From: the human T2T-CHM13v2.0 reference genome, Homo sapiens
Length of the DNA stretch: 64,000 nucleotides
Reading direction: 5' to 3' (one strand)
Assembly: GCF_009914755.1 (NCBI RefSeq)
Contig: NC_060927.1
Part shown: positions 12,551-25,599 of the stretch, piece after piece
How positions within the stretch are numbered: the stretch's first letter is position 1
Layout: every line of letters begins with the position of its first letter
Position numbers and translations under genes: made by a program
The notes under the pieces: model-generated
Seen by the model: only the letters and a program-made list of their open reading frames with translations
Told to the model about the DNA's origin: nothing
Database searches by the model: none

Positions 12551-13689
12551 AAGAATTACATAACTGTAAATTAAGAACAATGCAAATTCTATGTTTGCAT
12601 ACCTAAGAGAAACTATATTGTTATCACATCAAGAGAGAATTTCCCTTCCCAACAGTTTTGATAAAAGTATTGGCCCTCAGAGGCTCCAACCAGAACAGAT
12701 GTCGACTTCAGAAACAACCACAGTGGTTCTGAAGTGCTCCTTTGCAGGAGGAAAGCTCGAATTGCCAGACCACTTAGAGAAATGTTAGATGAACTTGAGT
12801 ATTCTCAGTCTTGCTTTGATATATGACTGCCTGGTTTTGTTTACATACAAGAGGTAGAAGAAGAAAGAATGCCACTTGACCTAAAAATTTTTGCATTTGT
12901 TCTCATTATATGTATCAGTGTTTGACAAATGATGCTTCCTGATGGAAAGAGCACCACTGGTTTGAGAGCTCTTGTGCTGCATTCTGATACATAGAAAGAA
13001 ATGTAACTCACATGTGGTTGCTAAATATTTTTCATATGCAAACACTTCTTTTGAGGGTACTATAACATGTGGGATCTGCAAAGAAGCTCCAAAAAGCTGA
13101 AATCTACTTTGTGTACTCTGAATTTTAATGTGCAGAGAACAGCAGGCTGTCTACCCATACAAATTGGCTTTTAAAACCAAGCATTTAATCTTAAGGCAAA
13201 TAATCTGTTATTTTAATAATTAATTCAACTCCTTGAAAAAGATGGTTAGAAGCCAGTTACCAAGAGATTTAAAAAATAGTTATTTTATTGGGTTCAACTT
13301 TAAATGAAAGTTTAATGTTTAGAATTAGACAAGTGAGGATATAAATGTTTTAATAATAGGTTTAGATTATTTTGATAATAAATTCAAAAGACAATTAATG
13401 GTAAGTTTGCAGCAACTGGTGAAATAAACAAGGTCAAGAGAGGACTCAGAACAGTATATGTAGAGGACTTTTGGGGAAAATGAAGAAAGAAAAATATGGA
13501 AAGAGAGATGGTCAAGATGCAGCAATTCTTTCCCTTGGTTTTGTGTCAAAGTTCTTTTCTATTTTTACTAGAGTGTCATGAAACAGGCAAAAGGATTTCA
13601 GAAAACAAAATTTCACAGTGAACTTTTAGTGAGAGAAGTTTTTTGTTTTAAAAAACTGTTTAAAATAGAAGAGGTAAAGAATATCAGTA

Positions 13690-13866
13690 CCAGTGGAAAG
13701 GGACTAGATAGAAATTCACAAACACTAGATTTGAGATTTAGCGCTACCACTGTCTAGATAACTTTGGACAAGTCTTAACCTTACTCTATCCCAGTTTCTT
13801 TCAAAAATGAAGGTGATGGACTTAATCCTAAATATCTCTTTGAATCTTAAATTAAGTGATTCTATG
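13690..13866 (+). mobile_element. MIR3/MIRc
   Basis: cagtggaaagggactaga...actttggacaagtcttaacc...gtgattctatg tail. Confidence 0.65.
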
Positions 13867-13982
13867 CAATACTTTAAAAAAAAGTTAACGTAAATTTTAC
13901 AGCCTCCAGTAGGTTCAAGTGCAATGCTGTGGTTGAATCTTAAATTATGTGATTCTAGCTAATACTTTTTTTTAACTTAATG
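13840..13982. repeat. ~50-bp direct repeat flanking a 48-bp copy of 11281-11328
   Basis: ttgaatcttaaatta(a/t)gtgattcta...aatacttt at 13840 and 13933; insert 13887-13934 matches 11281-11328 at 43/48. Confidence 0.9.
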
Positions 13983-16102
13983 CATTAATGCATTAGAATT
14001 CCAACAGAAATCCTAAATCAGAGATCAGTAGCAATTGTAAGCACTGACATATATTCATATGAGAAATAAAACCAAGTTAGAAACATAATTGAACATTATC
14101 TCAAGCTGGTTTCACGTTCTTCAACAGCCTATATAGTGAGTGATGTTATTTAATAAAAATTAAAAGGCAATAACAAACATTTTTGAGTCATATTTATTTC
14201 CTTTAATAAATATAATGAGTGTTTGAAGGCAAGAAAATAGTATTTCAACTCTGCTTCCTTTCTTCCTTTTTTCTTCCACTAAAATCTATTGAATTTTCCT
14301 TTGGCTTTTTAGGGAGGCTAAAACAAACAAAATCAGTCCAATTTATATATAGCAAGCATCTTTGTTTCATAGGACTCCTTGCCTATGCACTGATTCCTTC
14401 CCTGTAGGTTAGCAGTTCAGGGAATAGTATTTATTTGTTAACTCCAGGTGCTAAACGGGTTCAGACACAAAGCACTTTATTGAAGAACCTGGATTCCATA
14501 AAAATAATCTCTGCATTTCTTTTATATAAAAGGAGATCTGGGACTAAATTCAAAATGTTTTAAGTCTATTTTAAGTAGAATGAAGTCATTGAAGATTAGA
14601 AATTGATGTTTAGGTTTCTGGTTTGTTCAAATAAACAGAGCTGCCATTCTTGAGCTAGAGGTTAGAGAAGGACCAGATCTGGGAGGAAAGATGATGACTT
14701 CATCCTGTTTGTGTGCATTGGAGGTGCCTTGGAGAGAGTCAAGCGGAACTGTCCTAGGAGACAGAACGTATGAGTCTAGAGACTAGTAAAGAGGTTGGGG
14801 CTGGAGACATCAGCCTGGGAGCCAATGGCATGTCCTTCTGGTTTATTAAAACAATAATCCCATGAAAAAGAGTGCCTGAGAATAAATTACTAGGAGACAG
14901 ACACCTCCCATGCTTTACCTCAGACATGCACTGCAACAATTTCATGGGTGAATAAAGTTAACTTCATTTTACAAATGAAGAAACTGAGTCTCAGAGGCAA
15001 GCAGACCAGAGGTTTTCCCATGGTGAAACATCCTATACTTTTTCTCAGGTAAAAATAATTAAATGTGGCTCTTCCCCCCCCAGCCTCCATTCTAATCAGA
15101 ATAAGCAGTTGCTGGTGGAAATTGGTCAAGGAGGAGATTGTGCCTATGGTTTCTCAAAGAGGACCTGTGTGATTTCTACTTTAGAGGATGTATGCTATCA
15201 AATAATGAGAAAAGATCAAATTGAAGAGAAGAAAAGCCACAAGCAATCCTTTTTGCACAATCAGCTACACAGTGGGACAAGTTTGATATTTGTATTGTTA
15301 TTTCTCATCCTTATTTGAGCCTTGCCAGCCCAAGAGTTTAATTTTCTTGCAATCCTTTTTCTATTATTATCTTTCTATTTTCATTAAGTGTCTGTCACTG
15401 GACTTCTCTGTGGTCAGAATTCCAATATCTCATGTCATTGTCAATGCTAACTTGGACTTCAGCATTATCCCACCATCATGGGTTTTTCCTTATTGACCTG
15501 TCCAGCTCTTTTTTTTCTTGTCATTTCAACCTTGGCACTGGAAGCCAGTCACGGACACACACACATACACATACACAGCTATTCCTGGAAACACAGGGCT
15601 GAGATTGGAGTCTGCTGGGACTAGGGAGGGAGAAACTATGCAAATTAGATAACTGTAAAGCAAATACTGTAATAACTTGAAGTTTGTGCTAACACACATT
15701 TCCAAGACCCGGACAGTCCCCATGGAAACAGGACTTTGCTGTTGCAGTTACATCAGAATTCTCTTAGGTAAGTAATCAGTAACAGCATACACTTTCTTTC
15801 CGCATTGTCCTTGTCACAATGGTGAATCCTCAAATGCAAAGAGAGAACAAAAGGAGAGAGATGCGACTGATTCCCGGATGATAGGTAAAATGCCCTCTAG
15901 AAAACACCAACAACACTGGAGAGAGGCAACAGTGGGAGTTTAAGCAATAAGTGTTTTTTTTTAACAGACAACAATGAATAAGTACATTTATCTGCAGGCT
16001 GGTTAGTAATTTGCTAAAGAGGCTACAGTTCTGGTTAGCTCACTTCTATTAGTGGATATTTACTGTGCCCCAAATATCAAGACTTTAAGTTAGAGCCTGG
16101 CG

Positions 16103-16294
16103 AGGGGCAAGTCTAAAATTCTAAGTTCCATTGAGCTTGGAGCTTATACAATGGTGATGGGTAAGGGTGGAGTTTTTAAGACAATAATATAAAATCTTGA
16201 ATACAGAATTAAGTACTGGGCATTAGAAGGGCCCCAAGAAAAATGAGGGGCTTTAAAGTGCATGCTTCACTGGTATCTTGATAAATCCACCCCT
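16103..16294 (-). mobile_element. MER53-like DNA element
   Basis: aggggc start, gcttatacaat, gaatacagaattaagtac, ends taaatccacccct. Confidence 0.75.
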
Positions 16295-16339
16295 GATTTT
16301 AGAAACAGAGTGTAATAAATAATGATAAACATAAAAACA

Positions 16340-16545
16340 ACAATAACAGCAGCAGTAGCAGCTACTCTGTGCTCAGTGCCTAGCCCTGTGCCAAGCACTT
16401 AACATGCATTGTTCCATAAATTAGACATGAATCTCACAACAACCCCAGGAATTACATATCAATTTTTGCAGAGGAGGAAATTCAGGCTCAGTAACTTGTT
16501 AAAAGACATAAAGTGGTAGAAGTGGATTCAAAATAAGCCTTATTT
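16340..16545 (-). mobile_element. MIR
   Basis: ctgtgccaagcacttaacatgcatt...ctcacaacaaccc...gcagaggaggaaattcaggctca. Confidence 0.75.
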
Positions 16546-16681
16546 TTAAAAACAATCTAGTAACCACCAAGATACAAATTCTCCATAAGTTCTTGATAAT
16601 ATTATCACAACATTAAGGGAGGTACCTGAGCCAGTCTTGAGAAGTTCTGAAAAATTTTTCTGGGTAAGATAATACTTAAAG

Positions 16682-16906
16682 TGGCATTTCTCAACCTTAG
16701 CACTATTGACATTTGGAGGCTGGATCATTCTTTGCTGTGGGAGCTGTCCTATGCATTGTAGGGTGTTCAGCAGCATCCCCGGCCTCTACCCCAACTAGAT
16801 GCCAATAGCATCCTCTCTTCAGTTTGGAATAATGAAAAATGTCTCCAGACATTCCTTAATGTCCCCTTGTGGAGGAGGTGCAAAATCTCCCAGTTGAGAA
16901 CCAATA
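16682..16906 (-). mobile_element. MER20 (hAT-Charlie), inserted in an L2 remnant
   Basis: Full-length match; exact 8-bp TSD acttaaag at 16674-16681 and 16907-16914. Confidence 0.93.
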
Positions 16907-17332
16907 ACTTAAAGAATGAGTAAGAAGTAACTAGATGAGAAAGTGGCAAGGTTTGGTGGGGTGGGGGGAGGGGCACTCCAGAAAGAGGGTGCAGCAAAAA
17001 CAAAGGGAGAGTAGCAAAAAACAGCATGACAGGCATGGTGGGTACCTGTCAGGTAATGAAAGCAGGCAACTGGATGCTACTTGAGGCTACAGCCCATGGC
17101 GGGGGATTTGTTGGTGGCAAAGTAGGAAGGTACCAGTTTACACAGGTCATTGTGTTACATGCTAAGGAGTTAAAGTTTTATCCTATAAGAAGGAATAGCA
17201 AATATAAAACTCTCTAACACCTGATAGGGACAGGATCACAGGTACATTTTTCAACTGTTACTCTCATTCCTTTGTGGATAACGTATCTGATGGGAACAAG
17301 TCCAGTTCAGTTAAATTTGCCTTTTTCTTTAC

Positions 17333-17616
17333 TTTTTTTTTTTTTTTTTTTGGAAACAGGGTCTTGCTGTGCTGCCCAGCCTGGAGTGTGGTGGTGCGAT
17401 CATGGCTCACTGAAGCCTCCACTTACAACTCCTGGACTCAAGTGATCCTCCCACCTGAGCCTCCTGAGTAGCTAGGACTATAGGCACTTGGCACCACACC
17501 TGGCAAATTTTTTTTATCATAGGATCTCGCTACATTGGCCAGGCTGGTCTCAAACTTCTGGCCCCAAGTGATTTTCCCACCTCTGCCTCCCAAAGTGCTG
17601 AGACTACAGTCTGGCC
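17333..17616 (-). mobile_element. AluJ
   Basis: poly(T) then acagggtcttgct...ctcctggactcaagtgatcctcc. Confidence 0.93.
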
Positions 17617-17985
17617 CTTCATGATCTCTAGATATTACCAAAAGTCCCAGAGAAATGAGTGCATGGATGGCTTAATGACAACCCACTTTCTTCTCTGGAA
17701 GAAAGAACTTAGTACAGCCCTACCAGAAGGTGGGATGGCAATGCCATCTTCAGACTTGAGTGTTGGGGAGGCCTTTTCTGCTAACCAACAGCAAATGTTT
17801 TACAAGAGAAACAGGACACACAGTAGATGAAGGCAGCCATGGAAAATCTGTATGAATTATCCACTCTGTTGATCTGTGCTTAAAATATAGAAGGGAAAGT
17901 GAAGAATAAAAATGTGTCCATGAGCATCCCACCTGGCTTGCATCCAGATTGAACAATTTGAATGCTAAGAGCAGGATTTTGATAG

Positions 17986-18400
17986 TATGGCAGACATTGC
18001 TCATTGCTCAGCCAACCCATTCTCCCCTTTGTCCTTACTAACAACATCCTGATTTTGTGTAGGCAACAATGCTCCCAGCTAAAATTACCTACTTTACCAG
18101 ACTCCTATGCAGTTAGAGGTGGCCCAGTAACCCTGGCAAATAAGATGCATGCAGGCATTACTGGACTGAGCTTCCAAAAACAGCTTTTAAAAGGGGCAAG
18201 CTCAACTGCATGACCCTTTGGGCTTTTGAACCTCTTTACCTGGAAATGAGACCTAAAGCTAAAAATGAAACAACTGTCTTGTTATCATGAGGTGACTATC
18301 ATGAAGATGAAAACCTCCACACCAAATAAGTGGAAAGAAAAGTTGGAAAGAGGTGGAGAGAATGACTCAATCTTTGATGTATCAGTGCTGCATTGCCTCC
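17986..18400 (+). mobile_element. MLT1J-like LTR, 3' truncated
   Basis: tggcagacattg...cttactaacaacatcctgattttg...gcagttagaggtggcc...catgaggtgac. Confidence 0.7.
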
Positions 18401-18428
18401 CTCAAAATGTCTCAACTGTTTTATGCAG

Positions 18429-19191
18429 CTGAGCAAATTCGTGATCTCAAACAGCAACTCAAGCAACTCCAGGAAAGAAAAAAAATTGACCACTGGAGGA
18501 GATACCTAAGATAATCCTGGTGATACTTTCGGTGCTACAAGAAAAAAATAATCCTCGCACCCAAGAAGAAACAATGAAACCTTATTTTTCATGTAAATTT
18601 CTACTCCTGTTTGGTTCAAGCATTTGAACTGTTGCATAAGATTTTTTTGAGTGCCGCTGAGAAAAGTATTATCAATCTAGAATGCACCAGAAAGAAAGCA
18701 GCAGAAAGATTACAAACAGCTTTTCTAAACCCTTGTCCAGCATTTACCAGAAAGAGCAGCATGAATTAACAAAAGCAGAAATTTTAGTTAAAAAAAAAAA
18801 GCAACTCAACTCTGATTCCTGAGACATATAATACAGGACGTCTATCGCCCATTTACCCTCATCCAACTCAAATGGCTACCAAACTCTAAAATTAGCAGGG
18901 CATGTCGGGAAGACTTCTTATTCCTTGTATTACAGATCTGTTGACGTGTCAGTAGCATTTTCCTTTGCAAGTTATAAAATTTCCTTTCCCCAGTCTTCAA
19001 ATAGGCACTTCCCCCTCCCCAAAGTCTCTTTTGTCACCAACTGCCATAACCCACCAATCAGGGAAACAAATTTCAGTTCATAAAAGAAAACCATGGGTGA
19101 CCTACTGAGGACCACAGTTTCATTTCCATAACAAAGACTGACATACAACCCATGCCCAAAGTCTGGAACAGCTATGAATAACTGTGGCTGA
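18429..19191 (+). pseudogene. Candidate fossil terminal exon 5 (coiled coil plus S/P-rich tail)
   Basis: Acceptor actgttttatgcag, phase 1; EQIRDLKQQLKQLQERKKIDHWRRYLR...FELLHKIFLSAAEKSIINLECTRKKAAERLQTAF (3 stops in ~112 codons); 83 open codons at 18832-19080; AATAAA at 19319 with downstream GT-rich tract. Confidence 0.55.
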
Positions 19192-20169
19192 ATAGTCTAT
19201 TTTCTGTTGGGATTCATATCAAACTCTATATTTGAACTTGAGATATCAGAACTTTTGTATTATAATACATAAAACCTAGGTAGTGAGTTTGAATTGTCTG
19301 CATTTATTCTCCATGGGTAATAAAAACTCATTGTTTCTCAATGTTTGTGTAACTAAACTTTATCAGCTGGAGCTAATCTTTAATTCAGAAGTTTGAGCAG
19401 TCTGTCAAGCAATACCTGGTGAAAAGAAATCTGGAAGGTTCTTGACAGGCCCTCCTGAATATGGAAATTTAATGAATTAATCTTTCTAATTCGTTGGTGA
19501 GAAACAGTAAACCAGCATGCATCAGTGGGCACGTGTGTGGGCATGTGGTAGAAGAGGGTATAAGGAAGTAAAAATAATTTTCTTAGTATAGATGCACAAA
19601 ATATTTTTAATATAAAGAAATATTAACTACCATTCTTCAATGGGTAGCCTAGGGAATCCATAGATTGGAGGAGTAGCCATAAGCAAAATGTAATAAAAAT
19701 ATTGGCATTGCATCATAATGGGGTGGGATTGTACAAGTTAATTGGATATGAACAAACTCTCAAGAAGACTCTCAAGAAGAACATGCATTTTAAATGTCTG
19801 TAGTCTTCATTTATTTTTTCTTTTTTTAACCTTCGTGAGATATTTGCAGTGTTTACATGGAGTGGAATTGTGGCATATTTTCCATAAAATACTCAGTTTA
19901 AAACATTTATTTTTAAAAAGATTTTCCATCACTTTTCTTAAAGTTATAAATATTCCCCATCCAGTACTCCCTTTTCACTATCTCCCACTGGAAATACTGC
20001 AATTTCTCTAGCACTAGATAAATGACCATTGGTTTTACAGTACAAAAATTATATTACTCTTGATTTGATCCTAAGCCAGGTAGAACGTTGCTTTGAATTC
20101 AAACCCTTGCTAAAACACAGAGCACACAAAAAGTCTTTATTAATAAAGATTTATGATACTCCATGTATC

Positions 20170-20620
20170 AATATACCTAACTCACATGGACACAAACTAT
20201 AAGAAATACCTTTCATAACTGGAAATCTAGATATAATTTGGGCTGCAGGCATAGCGTGATCAAGGCTCTGGCTCATTTTCTTTGGGTTTCTCTTGCCATT
20301 GCTTTTGTCGATGAAAAATTTGTTCTTAGGTAACTTCCCTTTTGTCTGCAGCACATCTATCAGTATGAACTGGGATATTGCAAAAAAGTGAAACTTCTCC
20401 CCAACCCTAAAAGCCTTTCGCTAGTTGAACTGGTTGGGACACATGACTCTGATTAGGCTTCTGGACCAATCACAGGAAAAAGCTTTCCTAGACTTGGCTA
20501 GTCAGGATGTACTCTTGGTGCTGGGGATAGAACTAGTTTCAGGGGCATCACATGGTGTTGTAGGAAGAAGGGTGGTACTGAGACTTAAATAGAGGAGGAA
20601 GAAAGAAATGGCTGCTAGAG
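20170..20620 (-). mobile_element. Old MLT1 (K/L-like) LTR remnant
   Basis: cataactggaaatctaga..gggctgcaggcatagc..gatcaaggctc; ctggaccaatcac. Confidence 0.55.
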
Positions 20621-20752
20621 AAATAATCAACAAAGTCTACTGCATCCTGCATTAATGAAATCCTAGAAAAGAGCCTGAATGTGAAACAGATGAGAGACAG
20701 GGGCATTCTGTCTCTTGGTGGGGCATTTCTAAGACTCACATTTGTGAATTTT

Positions 20753-21053
20753 TATTTTATTTTTTTTAAGAGGCACAAGATCTTGCTCTGTTGTCCAGGC
20801 TGGAGTGTAGTGGAAGGCTGACAGCTCACTGTAGCCTCAAACTTCTGAGCTCAAGTGATCCTCTCACCTTGGCCTCTTAAATAGCTGGGACTACAGGTGC
20901 ATGCCACCAGGTCTGACTAATTTTTAAAATTTTTGTGGAGATGGGGTCTTAATGTGTTGCACAGGCTGGTTTCATACTCCTGGGGTCAAGTGATCCTCCT
21001 GCCTTGGCCTCCCAAAGCACTGAGATTACAGGTGTGAGCCACCATGGCTGACC
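20753..21053 (-). mobile_element. AluJ
   Basis: Full dimer; TSD catttgtgaatttt / tgtttgtgaatttt. Confidence 0.95.
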
Positions 21054-21349
21054 TGTTTGTGAATTTTAATAGATGATTGGTCAATAAACCAAAGTAAAAG
21101 AAGAATCATGCAATATTTAGCTCTACGAGTAGCCATTACTGACTAGGAAGAAAACTTGAATGTGAGTGGGACGTTGATTTCTTGTGTCATGTAGAACTCA
21201 AGATGTTCATATTTTTTCAGGAAACCATAAATTCCTATGCCTGAGGAAGTACTTGAAACATTAGGTTCAGCCTTTGCCTGCAGGTAGGCAGGTAGGCAGG
21301 GAGGTAAATGTCTAAACTTGTGATTTCCAGGCCTTTATAGCCATCTTGC

Positions 21350-21640
21350 CATGCTTTCATGGGATTTTTCATAGGTTAAATTCTTAACAGCAAAATTAAT
21401 GGGTCAAAGAATGTTTCCATTTAAACATTTGATAACTATTGCCAAAATATGCTTTGAAATGTCATGCCAACATACACTATCCACCACAGTATTTTAAAGC
21501 ACAATTTTCACATTTTTGCCAGCATTAGATGTTATCAAATCTTAAATTCCTACTAATCTGATAGATAATTTAAGTAATGTTTTAAGCATCTTTAAATACA
21601 AGCACAGTTGAATCTCTTTTTATATTTTATTAACTCTTAA
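21350..21640 (-). mobile_element. L1ME-like fragment
   Basis: caaaattaatgggtcaaag...attgccaaa...ccaccacagt...ttttgccagcatt. Confidence 0.55.
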
Positions 21641-21689
21641 TTTGTAATTCTTTAATTATTGTTAGAGTGCTGATTTATCATATGTTTAT

Positions 21690-21722
21690 ACTAATTCTGC
21701 TGCCATTTGCAGCAGAATTAGT
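21690..21722. repeat. Perfect 14-bp inverted repeat with 5-nt loop
   Basis: actaattctgctgc-cattt-gcagcagaattagt. Confidence 0.95.
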
Positions 21723-22239
21723 TGCGTTTTACAATGTCCTCTGTAAGAGCTAAGGAATTAAGAGCCATCTTAGAGCAGAACCATTTTTAGGGTGCCAAGC
21801 AGTTTTGTTACCTAGTTTGTAATTTATCAGTTTTATTTGACCTGGAGATACTGAGGAGGCCAAGCATGTGCCTTAGATTATTTGCTCTAAATATAATTTA
21901 TCTTAGCCAGCTTTTCGATAGGTGGAGTGATTAGACAAGTTGGGATGATTTTTCTAAGACGAGCTCATTATTCTCTGGTGAAGTCTACATCAATGATCAT
22001 GGGATGGCGGGACTACTCATATGTTAGGTTTGACAATTTTTGAGTGTGAAATGCAGGAAACTTTGTTTAAAACATTGGCTAGAAGACCTCTGCCTCTCCC
22101 TTTGCCAGATGCAACAAGAGTAGTATTGGGTTAGAAAGCAATCAAGCAATCAGGTTAACAGCATAAATTAAATAGAATCAGCTAATGGGGGAAGTTCCTC
22201 CATTTCCATTTCAATTTCTCCTGTCTTTGTGCTCTTCCC

Positions 22240-22640
22240 CACACCCAAAGGTCCATTCATCCTGCGCCCTCCCTCACTCACTGTGTCCCAGGCTCCCAAC
22301 CTGTGGGGAATACCTATCACGGCCAAACTCTCTCCTGCCTCAGGGCCTTTGCATTTGCTATCCCCCCTTCTAGCCTTCTTCCAGGGCTGTCCACAAGGCT
22401 GGCTTTTCTCTTCCAGTATCATTGGAAGGTCATCTCCTCAGAGGTGGCCCCAGCTTTCTGTTATTACAAGACTCTGTTTCTTTCTTTCCTGGTCCTTATC
22501 ACAATTACTTAATGGTATGATTTTTTTAATGTAAAGTGGAATCTTTTTTAAAAATAATTATTTTGCTTGTTTACTTATGTACTTTATAAAAAATAGGCTC
22601 CATGAGAAGTAGGATCTTGATTGTCTAGTTTGCATTAAAT
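22240..22640 (+). mobile_element. L2 fragment
   Basis: ctcctgcctcagggcctttgcatttgct...tcatctcctcagagg...ggctccatgag. Confidence 0.7.
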
Positions 22641-23502
22641 TTGTAAAATGTTTCTGTTTTGTGCTTGAGCAGTGGAAACATTTCGAGGCCTCTGTGGGAA
22701 TCAAATGATGGAAATACACTTCCCTAGGCTTCAGTAGGATGGATTACAAAGTCAAGGCTTCTTTCCATGATGCTGTTGAACAGAGAGTATTTACAATAAT
22801 TCACAACTCCCCATCCCCCACTAAAAAAACCTGCAATTATAAGCACTATTGAGACTATGTTTCAAGTTGAAAGTATACTTGCCATCAATTTAGCTTGTGT
22901 TGCAGTAACACTTTTAACCAGAGATATAATTATGCTCATGGTATGAAAAGTTACATCAGTTTACACTGACACTTGATTGCTCAGTTCATCATTACCAAAT
23001 GTCTATAAAAATGAACTAGAAGCTGGAAGCATATCTTTGACTCACTCTCTTGCTTAATTACATTTATGAAGAGAAGCAATTGGTCACATATATTATCCAG
23101 GGTTTCGAAGTTTGCATTTAACAATATTTGTCACAAGAATAGCACTGGCAAAAGGAAAGGCAAAACCAATACTATGCTTTCATTAAATATGTGTATATAT
23201 AAAAATATAGGTGTATACTTAAACATAAAGACATTTTATGTGTACTTTTGATGTTTTTATATATAAGTATACATTTTATTCAGTTTATTTTTATTTGCAT
23301 ACACGTATATATTTATACAAAAAATATGTAATATCTATGTTATGTATATTATTTACACAAAATGCATTATTTTTAAACATACAAAGAACAATTTGCCTGA
23401 TCTATTAAATGCAAAATGTCCAAAGCAGCAACTGTTTGGGTATAACCTAGACGTCATTTTTCATAAATTACACAGTCACTGCATTACAAATATTCCTTTT
23501 GA

Positions 23503-23964
<462 letters not shown>

Positions 23965-25599
23965 TAATGTCCTCAGATATTTTTACACTTTATAATGTAA
24001 AGTATAAAAATACCTCTTTTCTGAGGTTGGGAAGGTATTTGCTATTTAGAAAAAGTCAGGAAACATCCTCTCCTGAAAAGTATTCTTACTGTCTGATAAT
24101 TATTCAATCATGACTCGGTTGCTTTATGCCTGCAGTATGAGAGGTACATATAACAGAACATTGTGGTCTCTATCATAGCCTATTACTATGGCTGATGAAT
24201 GCCAGAGCGGGAGACAAGAGAGGAAAGGGGTCATTGTTTAACACATTTCTTCCCAGAGCTAGTCTCTGGCATTCAACTTTCTAAAAGTTGGGCTTCAAGA
24301 CCATTGCATACATCATTAATAACCAGACACAGCCTACAGACCTTACCCCAAACGGCCTCTATTAGAATGGGATTCAATATATGCCCTAATCTGTGTTACA
24401 GTACAGGAAGTCTGTGGAGATTGACAGGGAGCATATTTAATAATTTCTTTGCTGTAAATCCTGGAAGCATGGTGTTAGGGTAACAAAATAGGAAAAAGAA
24501 GAGACTCTTTTGAAAACCAGCCCCAGGATACGCAACCTTAGTCAGCACCTGAATTTGATCAACTCCACTGACAAGGGCTGGTGATGTTGCCCATTACCAT
24601 CAGTTATTCAGGTTTACCCAGGCAAGGAGAACCGGATCGACAACCTTTTCATTGCCTGACCCCCAAACCGTATCCTCTGCCTCTAAGTCTTTTGGGTGAA
24701 AAGGCCTGGGGGCCTAAGAAAAGTTTCCAGGGAATCTCATGTTTCTCAAAGTGACTATTTCAATGTTGATAAAAATTGGGCAGCAATATGGTCCACTCTA
24801 ATCTCAGGGGAGCCAAGGTGAGAGGGAAGTCCCTGTCAGACAACAGAGAAACTGTCTCTTGCCCCTTGCCAAATACAAAAGACACTTTCCCAAAGGTTCA
24901 ACACCACTCTTCAAAATTCTCACTTTTTTCAAATCTGCTTTATTCATTTGCACTTAGGATCAAAGCATGTCCTCATTTGCACAGTACTAGGTACTTGTTG
25001 GAATAATATCCAGTTGTGACATAACAGCCATGACATGAACCAGAAATCAAACTAGAAATCCCACAGGACTACAGAGAACTGAAAAATGTTTCCTCTCCCC
25101 GATACCCCACTCTACAGCCATTCTAACATGTGGTGTTTTGATACATTCTGATGGGATGTGCTGAGTCTCATTCATATTAATTTGGCCCTCAATATGAATA
25201 CAAGTATGAGTGAAATATGTAAGTATATTGAACGAGAGGAATAAGCCAGATATCCCCCAACGTTGCCTTCAATCCATGTGGTGCTTTTCCTGCAGCCGGC
25301 ACTGTAGTCAAGAAATCCTTTTGTTTGTTTACTGAAACATAAATCTGCCAGAAGAGCCTAACTGTAAATTACTGTTGCATTTCTGATGGAAAGCTGCCAC
25401 ATAATTTAAATTCCAACAGCTCTACAGGTTCTCATATTTCTTATTTGTAACTTGCCACCTCACAGACAAAGTGCATTGTACTATCATTTTAATAAATAGT
25501 CTTTGAGCAAAAGCTGTTTTTGTGTCCAAATTCCATCTTTTTTTTTTCTCTTTCTCTCTCTCTTTACTGACACATCCTGAGATTCAATAAAGGCCTTTG

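Noticed and set aside
13011-13075. Possible minus-strand exon (IPHVIVPSKEVFAYEKYLATT)
   Set aside because: Isolated, with no partner exons or recognisable homology.
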